Position numbers and translations under genes: made by a program | Notes under the pieces: model-generated | What the model saw: the letters and a program-made list of their open reading frames with translations, nothing else | Databases searched by the model: none | What the model was told of the DNA's origin: nothing | Shown here: positions 50,601 through 63,640 of the stretch, in pieces | How positions within the stretch are numbered: the first letter of the stretch is position 1 | How the letters are laid out: each line of letters begins with the position of its first letter | NCBI GenBank assembly: GCA_021432655.1 | Contig: MU271192.1 | Coordinates: forward strand, 1-64,000 | DNA: 64,000 nucleotides | Direction: 5' to 3' | Source of the DNA: Atractiella rhizophila | Taxonomy: Eukaryota

Positions 50601-53600
50601 TACAGAGTGTGCGCGATGGTGTAGTTGGTGTATGGTTGGGTAGTTGAGTTTTGGCTGATTGGTGTTGGTGTGGGTTCGATTCTCAGGCATGTCACATTTG
50701 TCACTCCCAAATCCTATTGTATGCAAACTGCGTGACCGCAATTTCTAATTTCTTCAGAGCTTTCTGAGACTTCTCATGTCATGCACCAAAAACTGTTGTT
50801 TGCCAACTATGAGGGAAAGTGAGCAAGCATTCATACAAGTGAAACAGTTTCTTTCACCACAAATATGCTTCCTAACAGTCTACCATAGTATCCCTCAGCC
50901 TGTTAGCATCAAATCAAATCAAGCAAAAAAAGCATAGGTGTGTGGACTCTGGCTTATATATTCTTCACTCATATCATTTTGTTATGTGCAGCAAGCTACA
51001 CTCTCATGCCATGTGCAATTCAGAGAAATCAAACAAGAAATCGAGAGTATCGATCCAAACGGCATCAATGTCTGCAGCAGGAGGCGCCACTATACCAGGG
51101 TCGACCTGTAAGAGAGAGGCAACGCCCTGCACGTTTTAATCCTACTCCACCTACTCCATCTCAACATGAGACAAGATCAACTAGGGCTCCACGTCAGTGT
51201 CAGCGGCACCGTCGAAGCTCTTCACTATCTATATCATCACAACCAGCTCGACGACATTGGACAGCATTCATCCTCCGCTGAGGAGTACAGTGAAGAAGAA
51301 ACCTGATCATACCCATCCTCTCCTGATCCTGATGGTGTGGACAGTGATGAGGATAGGGCATTAATCCCGTTGTTGCGAGGCGAAATAAGGCAACATCACT
51401 ATCCTGCATTCAACTACTCACCTGATATGGATCTTGAGGCACACCACCTCTCTACTTGGGGATTACTTTGTAGACATTGCAAAGCCTTTCATTGGATGGA
51501 AGAGAAGATCGTTAACAGCCCACAATGAAATCCAAAGTTTGCATTGTGCTGTCTCTACAGCAAGGTGCTGCTACCTGTTCCTCCGCCTCCACCTGAAGAG
51601 CTATGAAAGCTTTTTACACATGACAATACAACAGGTAAGTATTTCTATTCAATTTTTTTGCATATACATATCTGAGAGGAACAAGCATTATAGAGTCAAC
51701 GGCATTTCGAGAGCATATCAGGATATTCAATAATGCTTTTGCATTTACATCCTTAGGTGTCCGCCAGGTATCAATTCCTGGACATGGTCCCTACTCCTTC
51801 AAAATTCAGGGAGAGCTGTGCCACCTTATTGGCACTCTTTTACCACAACAAGAAGGGTGTGAAACATTTGCACAGGTCTACATTACAGATTCAGCTGTAC
51901 AGACTGGACGAAGAGTTGGCAACACTTCAATATCACTGAATCGTAGGACGCTTGAAGACCTTCAGGCTATGCTCTTCCGTGTCAACCCATATCCCAGGAT
52001 CTACAAATTTGCAAAAGAAAGAATGGAACAGGATCCCACTACAACACTACATCTTTGCACATCGCCCCACGAGATAGGGACCCAACACGCTACAACATTC
52101 CTGTAGCCAGTGAAGTTGCTGTAGTGAGGTAGGAGACGGTAACAGAGAAGAATATGGAGTGGCCAGAGATATTGTCATCTAGCTCAGGGCAACCAGGACC
52201 GGTAGCAACTTACGGCATGTGAATGAGCTCAACTCAAATTATCTTCCACTTCATTTTCCTCTTCTGTTTCCAAATGGGGACCAAGGATGGCATCCGCAGA
52301 TTCCGTATCGAGACCACCTGCCTGCAGATCTTCCTCCTCGCGAGCGAGAGCACTTCAATGATGACGGCATGCAAGTTGGTAATTCTGGGGTTCGACAACG
52401 TGTCAGCCAAATGGAGTTCTATTCTTACATGTTGCATCAATGAAATGATATATTCTCACTCCCTCTCTACGGTGGTCGGCTACTGCAAGAATTGGTAGTC
52501 GATGCTTATGCTCAAATTGAGGCGAATCGACTCCGCTATCTGCTGTTCAATCAAGTCTATTCTTCGAGCCGAGGTGTATCAAGGTCTTACGGATGCCCTT
52601 GCAGAAGGCTATTCTTTAGAAGATATCGGGAGGCGGACTATATTACCATCAAGTTTCACTGGCAGTCCACGTTCAATGAATCAGCTGTTCCAGGATGCAA
52701 TGACTATAGTTGGTGCCAAAGGACCCCCAAATATCTTTACAACCTTCACTTGCAACCCACACTGGGCAGAGATCACGGAAGCCATCCTACCAGGACAAAA
52801 ACCAGAGGATCGACCAGATTTGGTTTCAAGGGTTTTTTGACTGAAGGCTCTGGAGTACATCAAGGATTTAGTGGTACGACAGATTTTTGGAAGGGTTATC
52901 AGATATGTCTGGGTCATTGAATGTCAGAAGATAGGTCTACCACATGCCCACATCATGTGGATGGCATCAACGATCACTTGATTCAGTGGCTCGAATCCAT
53001 AGGAGATCGGGTATATTATAGTACAGATCAAATTATAGATGATGAGGGAGATCTCAGAAATCGCTTCTCTGTCGAGTACCTGAATACCCTGGAGATCTCT
53101 GGATTCCCTTTGCATTGTTTACACCTCAAGACCGGTGTACCCATCATTCTTCTGCGAAATCTCAATCCATCTGCTGGCCTGTGCAACGGCACGCGGCTCA
53201 TTGTCACTCAGCTTCTCTGACGAGTCATCGAAGCAACCATCATTACAGGTACACATAGTGGCGAATCAGTTCTCATTCCTCGAATTGGCATTGACAGTGC
53301 AGTATCAAACCAGCTTCCTTTTCAATTCCGGCGCTTTCAATTCCCTGTGCGCTTAGCGTTTGCCTTAACTCTGAATAAAGTGCAAGGACAATCTGTTGGA
53401 CAAGTGGGTTTGTACTTAGAGTCTTCTCCTTTCTCTCATGGACAGCTTTATGTTGGTCTTTCACAGGTTTCAAATGCAAACAATTTATGAGTATTGGTCA
53501 AAACAAAGCAAGGAGAAGAAAACAAGCAAACAGATAATGTAGTTTACAAGGAAGTGTTACAAGTACTCAATCACTGATCATCTCTCAGCATGTTCCTAAC

Positions 53601-54026
53601 AGTATAGTCAAAAGCTGAAGTGGTTCTCCGAGGTACGAGGAGACCACTCAGCTTTCATTGTTTTTTGAAGACAGTAGAGTACATATGGTGAGTCTGTGCT
53701 CGCCGAAGGCGAGGCCTCACGCAGTGGCTGCCAGAGGCAAGAGCTCCAGGCAGTGGCCGCCGGAGGCTGGGGTCCAAGGGGCGAAGCCCCTGGCGGGGGG
53801 GGATGCCCGAGGGACGAGGGCACTGACACACTTGTGGGAGAGAAGAGGAGTAGGCGAGGTCGAGAGGGTTGTGTGTCAGGTGGGTGAGGGAATGATGGTC
53901 CGTCGGGCCTAGGGTTCGCGTTTGTTGATGAGGATGGGAGTGCGTCGGGAGAGAGATGTGGGGAAGTGGAAGAGAAGGTGGTGGGATATTGGGAAGACCC
54001 AATGCAGCGGCAAGAGTGGACATCAT
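47650..54026 (-). CDS. C2H2 zinc-finger transcription factor (4 fingers); first exon interrupted by a Helitron
   Basis: Four fingers with TGEKP/SGEKK linkers. Introns at ~48192-48254 and ~47912-47961. Removing 50208-53834 joins MMSTLAAALG..SSLP in frame to FPQWNTP..LDDAFKF. Confidence 0.9.
50208..53834 (+). mobile_element. Helitron (internally deleted, degenerate RepHel), inserted at A|T
   Basis: 5' A|TCCTTATATATAAAG. 3' hairpins GGGGCGAAGCCCC and GCCCGAGGGACGAGGGC, then CTTG|T. RepHel motifs inside. Confidence 0.95.
51070..53577 (+). pseudogene. Helitron RepHel pseudogene with most of the helicase deleted
   Basis: CRHCKAFHW, NNAFAFTSLG, PLLFPNGDQGW, ILPSSFTGSPR, TFTCNPHW, DRPDLVSRVF, VIECQKIGLPHAHI, then a jump (~52955) to LLRNLNPSAGLCNGTRL, QFPVRLAFA..NKVQGQS, HGQLYVGLS. 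Confidence 0.93.
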
Positions 54027-54389
54027 TGCATCCTCCTGTGCTTCATGAAGTTGTGCTGTTGATCTAAGACGGGCTCTTGTTCCGTCTCCCGTGCTTCTCT
54101 GCCCGCGAACAGTGCTGTAGATCCCTGTTCTGCCACACATGCAAGTGGCCTGGTAGGAACAGAATCAGTAGGCTGCCTGCCTGATCCACCGGAGCATTCG
54201 CCCTGCTGCTCTTTTCATCATTAAGTATCACTTAGCGCCTCCAGCTTCTCAAGGAACGGTGCCAAGGGGAGTCATGGAGACACCTCCAATGGAGGGCTTT
54301 AAAAGAGGATGGAAGGATGTCGAAGTAGCATCACTCGAGCATACAACGCATTTCACTTGGCTTCAGTCTCAAAGAATAACATCCAAAAC

Positions 54390-55538
54390 ATGACCTTCAA
54401 AGTTTTCGCCATCGCTGGAATCTCTGGAGTAACCTCCAAGACTTTCTTGCAAAGCGTAAGCTTATCCTCCGTCCTGAAATATTTGTCGACTTGCTGACGT
54501 GGGTAACTGCAGTTTCTCGACCTTCCGACGGTCCCAAAAATATACATCCTCACTCGCCAGGACAAACCTGAGATTCCCTTTCATCCGAATGTCATCGTTG
54601 TTAAAGTAGACTACACTTCGCGGGACACAATTGCCGCTGCTCTTCAGGGCAAGGGGATCGAAGTTCTGATCAGCACGTTCGGCGGAAATCATGGGACTCT
54701 GCTGTCCCAGGAACCTTTGGTCAAGGCAGCAAAGAAGGAGGGAATCAAACTTTTCGTCCCCTGGAATATGGTGCAATCCCCAAAGGTTATTTGCTCTCAA
54801 ACTCATTTCGGTTGGAAATGGAAGCACTGACTGTTTGAGTCCACAGAAAACACCCCTCTGGCGGACAAACTCCGCATTCAAAAGCTGGCGGAGGCGGAAG
54901 TGCTCCCCACTGCAGTCTATAACAACGGACTCTTTTCGGAGCATGTGCATTTGTGAGTCCTCTTCTTTCAATTGCCGCACAATGACGGATAATGGCACGC
55001 TGATTCTAATTCCGACAGGATCTTTGGAATGGAGAAAGTAAGGATCTTGAACGAAGGAAATGGCCACGTCAGCATCACCTCTTCTGCAGATGTCGGTCGC
55101 TTCCTCGCTTGGTCGTTGACCACGTTGCCAGAGCAACAGCTTTACAACTCTACGTGGAGGTTGGAAGGAGATCGCCTCAACGTCAAACAGATTGCGGTAC
55201 GCTTTCCTTCACTCCGTATTGCTCATATCGTTAGCCAATACATTCTCCGACAGGACTTGCTGAAGAATAAGTATGGAGGTGAAATCGTCCACGTTCAAAA
55301 GGACGACCTTCCTCTTACACCGGATTTTCCGGGATTCATCAACTTCTTTCAAAGATATGTTCGTTATTCTTTCTTCAACACCATCAGTTTGAATAACAAT
55401 CCTTGGCAGGTTGATGAGGGTTGTGGGACGACGACTTTCGATTTGGGGCCGAACGATTCTTCGGACCGTATAAATGCTGTTAAGGTCTGGCCAGAGTGGA
55501 AGCCCGAGAAATTTGAGAAGTACCTGAGCACTGCATAA
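54390..55538 (+). pseudogene. NmrA-like / isoflavone-reductase-like NAD(P)-binding protein with an apparent 1-nt frameshift
   Basis: FAIAGISG, VKVDYTS, EVLISTFG, LVKAAKKEGIKLFVP, then EYG out of frame (~54762), SITSSADVGRF, WPEWKP. Introns present. Confidence 0.8.
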
Positions 55539-55918
55539 ACGGATACATAGTGCTTATAGTCTCTGAAACTGAAATCGAGAACAATTATATTGAGAAGCAC
55601 ATGTAGCAAAAGCCAAGTGGTTTGTGGGAGGAAATTAGCTCACCTGGGGCAGCGTGGATGGTTGGGATGATGTACTAGCCAGTTTCACGGCAAACTAGTC
55701 CCCCATAGGTTTTTGCGCCTCAATTTTAGGGGATTTGCGCCAGTGGTCGCCAGTACTGCTTTACCTTACTATACTTTACGCTTTACTTTACCAGTACGGT
55801 ACTAGTCAGGGAAGGGACCGGGCTGTTTTACCAGGCAAAGGATCATAAGGTTCCGAGTTTCTGCAAGAAAAGTTCGTCACTTCCTTCTTTCTTTTTCGGT
55901 GCAAACAAGCTGCCAAAA

Positions 55919-58632
55919 ATGTCTCCCAAGCGAACTGCTGCCCATAGAAACCTCTGCACGATTACTTCTACAAGATTCCAAGGCAAGCCGCTAATAATGA
56001 GAGACTCCATTGCCTTGGATGCTTGTCAGTGAAGAAGGTGGAAATCGAGAACCGTCTCTCAGCCCCAGGGAATGAAGAGGAGCTAAAGAGATACCGTAAT
56101 AAAACGGTGGCAGAGCAGAATCATCAGGCAGCTCAAGAAGTGGGACTGGGATTTGGACTCACGACTTTAGCAAGATGGCAAACCATCTGCATGACTGCAA
56201 AAACGTTGATGCTGAGCTTTGTAAATATGACTTAGATATATCAGATGAGATTAGGACAAAGGCAAATTCCAAGTATCAGGTGAGTTTTGTCCTTATCTTC
56301 TACTACTACACACTAAAGAAGATGATGTAATGTGGCAAAGTCTGCTCCATGATTAAGTCGTTGTCGAGGCATCGCATCACAGCCTTCCCCTCCTCGTACT
56401 CATCTGCCTCCTCCTGCTCCTCCTGGTGCTTCCTCCATGCACTCTTCTCAGACTAAGCTCCCTGTCTTTGCGGCCCCCTCCATGCTTTTGTCAAGCAAAG
56501 AAGCTGAAGACTGGAAGGAGCAACTCTGCCAAGCAACAGCTTCTGCAGGACTTCCCTTCCAATGGATCGAAAATGCAGCAGTCCACAAGTGCTTCACCAT
56601 GCTGAGACCTTCAGTTGATGAGCATTTCCCTTCTGCAAAAACTCTTGGAGGTGCTATTTTGAATCGAGGGACCAACAATGAAGAAATGAAGCAGAAGAAT
56701 GCGCTTGCAAATGCGGATCATCAATGGGTTGGGATTAGTGAAGATGGTTGGTCGACTGGCAAGACTCAGATGACAGCATTCACATCAAGCTATGTGATGG
56801 ATGGAGGAGAGCACTGGTGACATATCCAAGACATTATCGACACAACAGGTCAGGCTAAGGATGCGGATACTCTCATAGTCCATTTTCTAGGCCAAGTAAA
56901 GAAGGTGCAAAGTGAGGAATATGGAGGGAGAGTGAGTTATTTTGTGACAGATGATGGTGGAGAATGTAGTGTAGAAAGAGTCTCCTGTCTACATTGCCCA
57001 ACATTCTCTCATTTTTCTCCTGGACTCATCAGGTTGGTTTCACTCTTTGTCAGTGTTCTGAAATGACAGTTTAAGGACATTATAGATTAACTTGATTGTC
57101 AGAGATTTTCTGAAAGTGGATCCACAAGTTTAGACATTATCAAAACCTCCATTTCTATATCGACTTGGTTCAACAATCACAATGAAGCTCTCAAGTGGCT
57201 GCGACAAAAGCAAATATCCAGTGACCAAAGCGTGTCATTTTCCTTCTTGCTGTCATCACAAGGTGGACAACTCACTTCCTTTGCCTGAATCGGCTACTAT
57301 GCTTACATCGATGTTTTGGTTCTCTGGTTTGGGAGAAGATAGATGATCTCGTCAAGCTTGCAGGTTACGGAATAGTGAGATTAAATGTGGAGAAGCTCTT
57401 CATGGAGATAGAAAATCTGAGCTTTTGGAATAAAGTCGAGCTTATCCAAGATCAACTGTGTCCTGTAGCAATTGCTGCAAAAGTTGCTCAAGGAGGCTCC
57501 TCTCATCTTTACACCATCTTTCTCATGCTAGGACGTCTCTTTACTCATTGTGGATATGTGGAATTCTGTGCCTCCAACACTTACAAAGTTCTGCTTAAAA
57601 GCCTTGAAAAATGTTAGAACCATGCTGATCAACCTATTATCAGGAAGGCTACAGACCAACAGCTAACCAATTGAACTAAAAGAGCTAATGATGGGTGTTT
57701 ACACCCATCTTGGTCTGTACTTAAGATATATCAGGGGCTCGAACCCTGGCACTTATCTTCATCTTTGCTGTCATTCAGGATCCTACTTTCTGTACAGAAG
57801 CTTTCTCCTCTCAATGTGGCATCTCATTCATGTCTCTCCTTTTTCAATTGGAACAAGTTGCATGCAGAATCTTCCCTAACTGGATCGAAACTAACCATGA
57901 CATGTTCAAGACTTCCATGACTGCCTACCTAGCCCAGAAAGGGGACTTCAGTCCTCAAATAATGGAATGGTTCACCAAAAAGAAGGCTCAAAACCCACCC
58001 AACGCCGCAATGCTCGATCCTCTTACCTTTTGGAATCTTGTTGACAGCCATTGACATGGTTTGCCATACGCATCCTCTCAATTGTTCCCAACGCCGGTTT
58101 CTTAGAGCACATCTTCTTTAAAATGGGACACCTCAAACCAGAGCGACACCACAGGCTCAGTACTTAAAAGAATGCAAAGTTGACCCGTCTCTCGATCCGT
58201 ATTGGGGAAGAAGAGAAGGCAAACCTACATATTAAGAAGCGATCCAGGGAACCAGCAGAACTTTGGAACTTTCGATTCAGTTCTCGAGCAATTGGTGAGT
58301 CAGGATGATGGAAATGGGTTCATTGATGGTGTTGGAGAGATTACTGGTAATGATGACTTACCAGAGGCTGGTTTCAGAAGCTTTACGAAGGACTAACCAA
58401 GGAGAAGATGTACCATTATCCAAATGGAGAAAGTAGCTCGTTCAAGGTGAGCCTTCGAGACTTGTTCATGGGAATGCCCGAGGTGGGAGAGGCATTTGAG
58501 CAGTTGGGTAGTAAGAGACTTGAGGAGAAGGAGGAGCTGTTTGACCAGTGGACTATGGAACAGCTAGCAAAGGTGAAAGATGACGAAGGAAATGCTTCTA
58601 CTCAAGTGGACTTGACATTATTTGATGATTGA
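55919..58632 (+). pseudogene. hAT transposase 4 (DUF659-type), heavily degenerate
   Basis: LPFQWIEN, ISEDGWST, YFVTDDGGEC, AVITRWTTH, ADQPI|FIFAV (split by a solo LTR), AIRILSIVPN. Many stops. TIRs not resolved, though TTTAC/GTAC-rich subterminal-like DNA lies at ~55680-55810 and ~58760-58920. Confidence 0.82.
57638..57751 (-). mobile_element. 114-bp solo LTR (second copy)
   Basis: TATCAGG...CCTGGCA. TSD CCTAT/CTTAT. Excision restores the hAT reading frame DQPIFIFAV. Confidence 0.9.
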
Positions 58633-59619
58633 GACCTTTATTACACCTTTTTTACTTGATTCCATCGATAAAACATACATTGTCTACTCTTTATTACCTA
58701 TCTAACTAAGAATATTATGACTAACTGCAAGTGGCAATTAACTCGTGCAAAGGTCACATGCTACACGACGTAAAGCAGTTATGTACGGTATTTTACTAGG
58801 TATGCTTTACCTATGCTGGTATAGTACACTTGGAAAGAGGGTTCCTGACCACGAACGGCAAACACTGATTTGCGCCGCTTTGGTCACCACCATAAAAGTG
58901 GCCCTCGTGGACAGCCCAATTGCAATCTGGAGTGATGAACATGTTCTAGGAGAATTCTATGTTCAATATTTCTGAAATTTCTGAAGCTAAACAAGCGAAA
59001 TAACAATGTAAAAAACTATTACCAATGTCATTATGATCTCTCAATATCATTTGGAAGACAATGTTGTGAACTGGGGTATATTATAGCATAGCTATTGAGA
59101 TTCTCGGATTGACATCAAGTCAAGGTTTAGGGCAAGATATACTCCTTAATAGTAAGTGGCTATGCAGGCATTAGAATTGTTGCAGTGCCTCGTAACTTCA
59201 TACAATCGCTCACACTTGAAGGTCACAGCATCCTCCGTTTAGGTAGTTCATTTTGCCTATGCATGCAGAATAATGTCACATTTTGCAACTGGGTATTCCA
59301 ATTTGAGGATCATTAAAGAAGTTGATTGTGGATGTATTTAATTCGTAAGTCCAAATAAATAAAAGCAGGATCTCAGTTACAACTTTCAACAACCGCTACT
59401 CAGTACAGAAAGACTTTCAAATACACACCAAAATGACAGGATGATGCTCCTTCCTCCTCCCCCAGTGCCAACAGCATCTTTAACTTTGAAACTCTCTGTG
59501 CAGCCTTCACTCTGTCCTTCACTCATCAATCTCTCCTTGATCTTCCTCAGTCCATCCACCAGCTCCATAATTTGCCACCTTCCTAACAGCACTCCCCACC
59601 CTTGCATCATTGTTGGAGA

Positions 59620-62600
59620 CAAGCGTATCAGTGCCCTCGTCCCTCGGGCATCCCCCCGCCAGGCAGGGGCTTCGCCCCTTGGACCCCAGCCTCTGGCAGC
59701 CACTACGTAGAGCCTTGCCTTCGGTGAGCACTGACTCACCATATGGTAATCGGTTTGGTATGAATCTATATGATTTCATGATAGGGTTCATGATAGGGCT
59801 ACATATATCCAATTGTAAAAATTCAAAACTTCTCTGTACACTATATTTTCCGGAAGATTCTTAGCATTTGAAACTCTAGAAAGTCCTACATAAAGTTGTC
59901 CCTGTGCAAAACTGGTGTGTCCAAATACAATACAGCAGTCTCCACCGACTGGCCTTGTGACTCGTTGATGGTGAGATAGAAAGCCAGTTTGACAGGGAAT
60001 TGAAACTGCTGTAAGGTAAACAGGAATGAATTAGTGACCCTGCTATCCAATGCAATGCGTGGGATAAGGACTAAGGTGCTTGTGAATGTGCCTGTAATGA
60101 TGGTAGCCTCAATGACATGCAAGAGCAGCTGGGTGATGATCAGCCATGTACCATTACAGAGCCTAGCTGAAGGATTGAGGTTCCGTATTAGGATGATAGG
60201 GGCTTCTACTTTGAGATGAAGACAATACAGAGGGAGACCATCATATTGAGAGTATTAAGGTATTCAACTGTGAAGCCTTGTTGAACATTCTCGTCCATCA
60301 ATCGGTCAGCAGTTAAGGTAGATTCGTTCCTGTTCGGAGACAAATTGTCAAATAAACTGATTGTTTATCATGTCAACATCAACATTCCAGGCCATAAGGA
60401 CCATATGGTCTTGAAAGTATTGCCTCAACTTGACTATGTTGACGACATCTTGTGTTATGGTGCTCAATCCAGGGTAGATGTCAGTCAGGAGAGGGTCCAG
60501 ACCATGGGAACGCCGGACCATTGTTTGGTCATTCACAGTCAATGGACCACGGCCACAGTCTTCTGGGTTATCAGTTGCGCCATTACCAACTAACAACAAC
60601 CATTCAGCAAAGCCAGAGGCAATCGCAAAGTCTTGGCTACTCATTTCGGCCGGACGATGGAGCAGGCGCATATTTACTGTGAGAGGGAGGACTCGAACTG
60701 CTGGCCAAAAGGGACTGTTGATGACACATGCATCTACAATCTGTGCACGTGAAGCTTTGGGGATGACTGAGAGGCATTGTCACATGTCACCTAATTATTT
60801 ATCAGACATGAACTCTTTGACTTGATGTACTTACCACCAAGAACCAAAATAACTTCACCGAAAGGCGCACCCACCTCACGCATATCTCTCAGCATCCGGT
60901 CAACTGCTTCAAAGCACCATCCATGACACATTCCCACTTCATCCCAATTATCAATTCTGCCTCTCGGCAAAGTCGACCGTGATCACTTTGAGCCGTAACA
61001 CCGCAGACGGAATCAGCTTCAATGTCCAATGGGATCCGGAAGCGAGTATGGGCCGTTCGTCCACCTTCCAGCAGAATAGCGGCAATACCGGAAGAGGCCA
61101 CTGCCAGCGCAATTTTCCCCGCTGAACATACCCTGGCGAGCCATAGGTTTTCAACAAAAGTCTTTCCAGTCCCTCCTGGCCCATCAATAAAAAATAATCC
61201 ATCATTTCCACTTTGCCATGCTTCTACAACCGTGTCATAAGCATGACGTTGGTCCAGATTTAATAACGGTAACTCTGTCTGAATATGTGCGTGAAGTAGT
61301 GGTCGATCATATGCAAGTTCTTCCCCAGTAATCCTTGTCTCACCTCCCCATCTTTGTGGTCGCTCTGCGGATTGTGGTAGTCCAAAGTCACTTAGGGATT
61401 TATCATGAGCTTGGAGGAGATCTTTAATTTCGAGGAGACAGAGGCTGATAATTTGCTCGTTCGTAGGACCGTGTACACCATATTTTGTCCGTAGAAGGTG
61501 TTTACAATCATCACTGCGTTGCTTATGATGGCTGTCCCATAATCTTCTGGGTTCCCTGGCGACTCCGAATAGCAGGATGTAGACATACAGAGACCACATC
61601 GCAAAGCTATTCTTGGCCGTACTGACTTCATTGAGACAATAATCCCATTCTTCGTCACTTTCTAACAACCCAAGAGCCAAACATGTAGCCTTGAAAGTCT
61701 TATAGACAGTTCCCTCTACTGTTCGGATATCCTCAAAAGAAGCATTCAGAGATAGAATAACTCTCCTTATGATGGTGCAACATGATAGTTACGGCCGATA
61801 GCTTCTTGTCTCTCCCGGATTTTCTAAGAGCATGAGCCTGACTTTTAGGTAAGGAATTGAGGAGCCTCAGGATAGCTAAGGTCTTCAGTAACGTTGGAGT
61901 TTTCCTGACAGTGAGTGAAGAACTCCATCAATATTGTTTTAGCAATGTTGTTCCTGCCAAGAATGTCACCCAGGGACTTATCCTGAGGATTAAAGGTCAC
62001 AGAATGCCAGTCTGGGAGGTGTACTGCCAAGCTGATAACCACAGGACAATGTTGGTGTAAAGTAAAATGGAAAATCCTGTAACATGCTGTAAATTGTATC
62101 AAATAAGCCCTAACATCATCTTAGGAGTAGTTCTTAACGCTTACCTTCAGAAGATCCAATGAATCTAGCATACAAGTACTCTTGAATCTCATCCACCACC
62201 CTAACATCACCTTGGGTGCTATGAAGGACAGCTTGTGCCCGATCATTTTCTTTGTAGATGTATTTGAACAGGTATTTGACTGATTTGATGGAGATGCAGA
62301 GTTCCACATTGATATGAGCTGTAAACCGCTGAAGGACATAAGCATCAAACGGCACGACCCATCGATTGTCGTAAATAAATCCATTCCGTGATTTCTGAAA
62401 GGTACGTCCATTGTTATGGCGACAGTAGGTGGGATAGCTATCTTCCTTGATGCCTGCTTCTTCTATGAATGGCTTTGGAAACCCTTTGCCACAGATTTTT
62501 CTTCCAGGATTTTTAGAATCATCTATCATGCATGGAGCATCTGGGTTGATATCTCTAGAGGGTCCATGAAGCATATGATTGCAGAGAATCTCAAACAATT

Positions 62601-63640
62601 CAGGGTCCGAATCCTTATCAGGCAATTTGGCAGACACTATGCAGTCAATCGCCTCGACATTCCTGATGGTATCTTCAGGATTGATGCTGATGAGGATGTG
62701 AGCATGAGGAAGACCACATTTCTGAAATTCAATCACCCAGACGAAATCGACTGACCGTCCAAAGATTGAGTTATCCTTGATGTCCTGCATGTAAGCCTTC
62801 ACCTTTTCATTGAAAACTCTAGGGACCAAGTCTGGTCGATCGGCAGCTGTTTGCCTAGGAAGTAGTGCTTCTGTAATTTCTGGCCACCGTGGATTGCAAG
62901 TGAAAGTTGTGAAGATAGCAGGTGAACTTGGGTTTGTGACAATCACCATAGCATCTTGGAATTTCTGGTTCTTTTGGCGTGGACTTCCCTTGTGTGATGA
63001 TGGTAGAATGGTCCGCTTCCCAACATCTGCAGCATCTCGATCATCTTCTAATGCATCACCCAGCCCAGCATAAGGCTGGGTTCAGAGAAGTTCTTGATTG
63101 TACCTCAGGAACCTGAATCGTCCACTTTCTACAAACCAATTCTTGAAACAGCCGGCCACCATGGTGAATTAGAGAGAATGTGTCCTTCTTTAGGTGAAGC
63201 AGGTAAGAGTAATAGTTCATCTGAGTAACATGTTTCTGTTCCCCCATATTACCAACTATTCGTCCTTCATCGTTTCGATATTCCTCTCGTGGACCCTGTG
63301 GAAGCAGATCTCCACGACTGAGGGGAATATATGCGTGCCAACCTTGCTCGCCGTAGGGGAACAAAAGTGGGAAGCGTAGAGGAAGATAGTTGGCATTCTG
63401 ATCAGTAACTCTCTCAAAGAAATTCTGACCATCGAAGTTTAACTACAATGTCCCTTATGATACCTGCGGTAGCTCCTGACTGTCCGCCAATGAGAAGCAC
63501 TGCAATTTATCCTATGCCATGACCTGTTGGCCTATTGTATCATGGAGGTCCTGATCAGTAGGATTAATAGTTCGAAGGTGGAGGTTCAAAATCGAATTAT
63601 CTTCCATCAGCTCTCTTCATTTTATAAATTTCTGGCCAGG
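59620..63640 (-). mobile_element. Helitron (degenerate RepHel), same 3' terminus as 50208-53834; 5' end not found
   Basis: Reverse-strand 3' end GCCCGAGGGACGAGGGCACTGATACGCTTG|T at 59620. Rep motifs TFTCNPRW, VIEFQKCGLPHAHIL, KYLFKYIYK. PIF1 helicase motifs FIDGPGGTGKT, VASSGIAAILLEGGRTAH, QFPVKLAF. Confidence 0.92.

Noticed and set aside
50208..53834. Helitron spliced out as an intron of the C2H2 gene
   Set aside because: The obvious donor (GTCAGT, 7 nt inside) and terminal acceptor (TAAG) keep the frame but create CAA GTG T|GA, a stop. The other nearby GT donors shift the frame.
55650..58920. TIR pair for hAT 4 (TTGGGATGATGTAC vs GTGGACAGCCCAA)
   Set aside because: The match is too weak and no 8-bp TSD was found.
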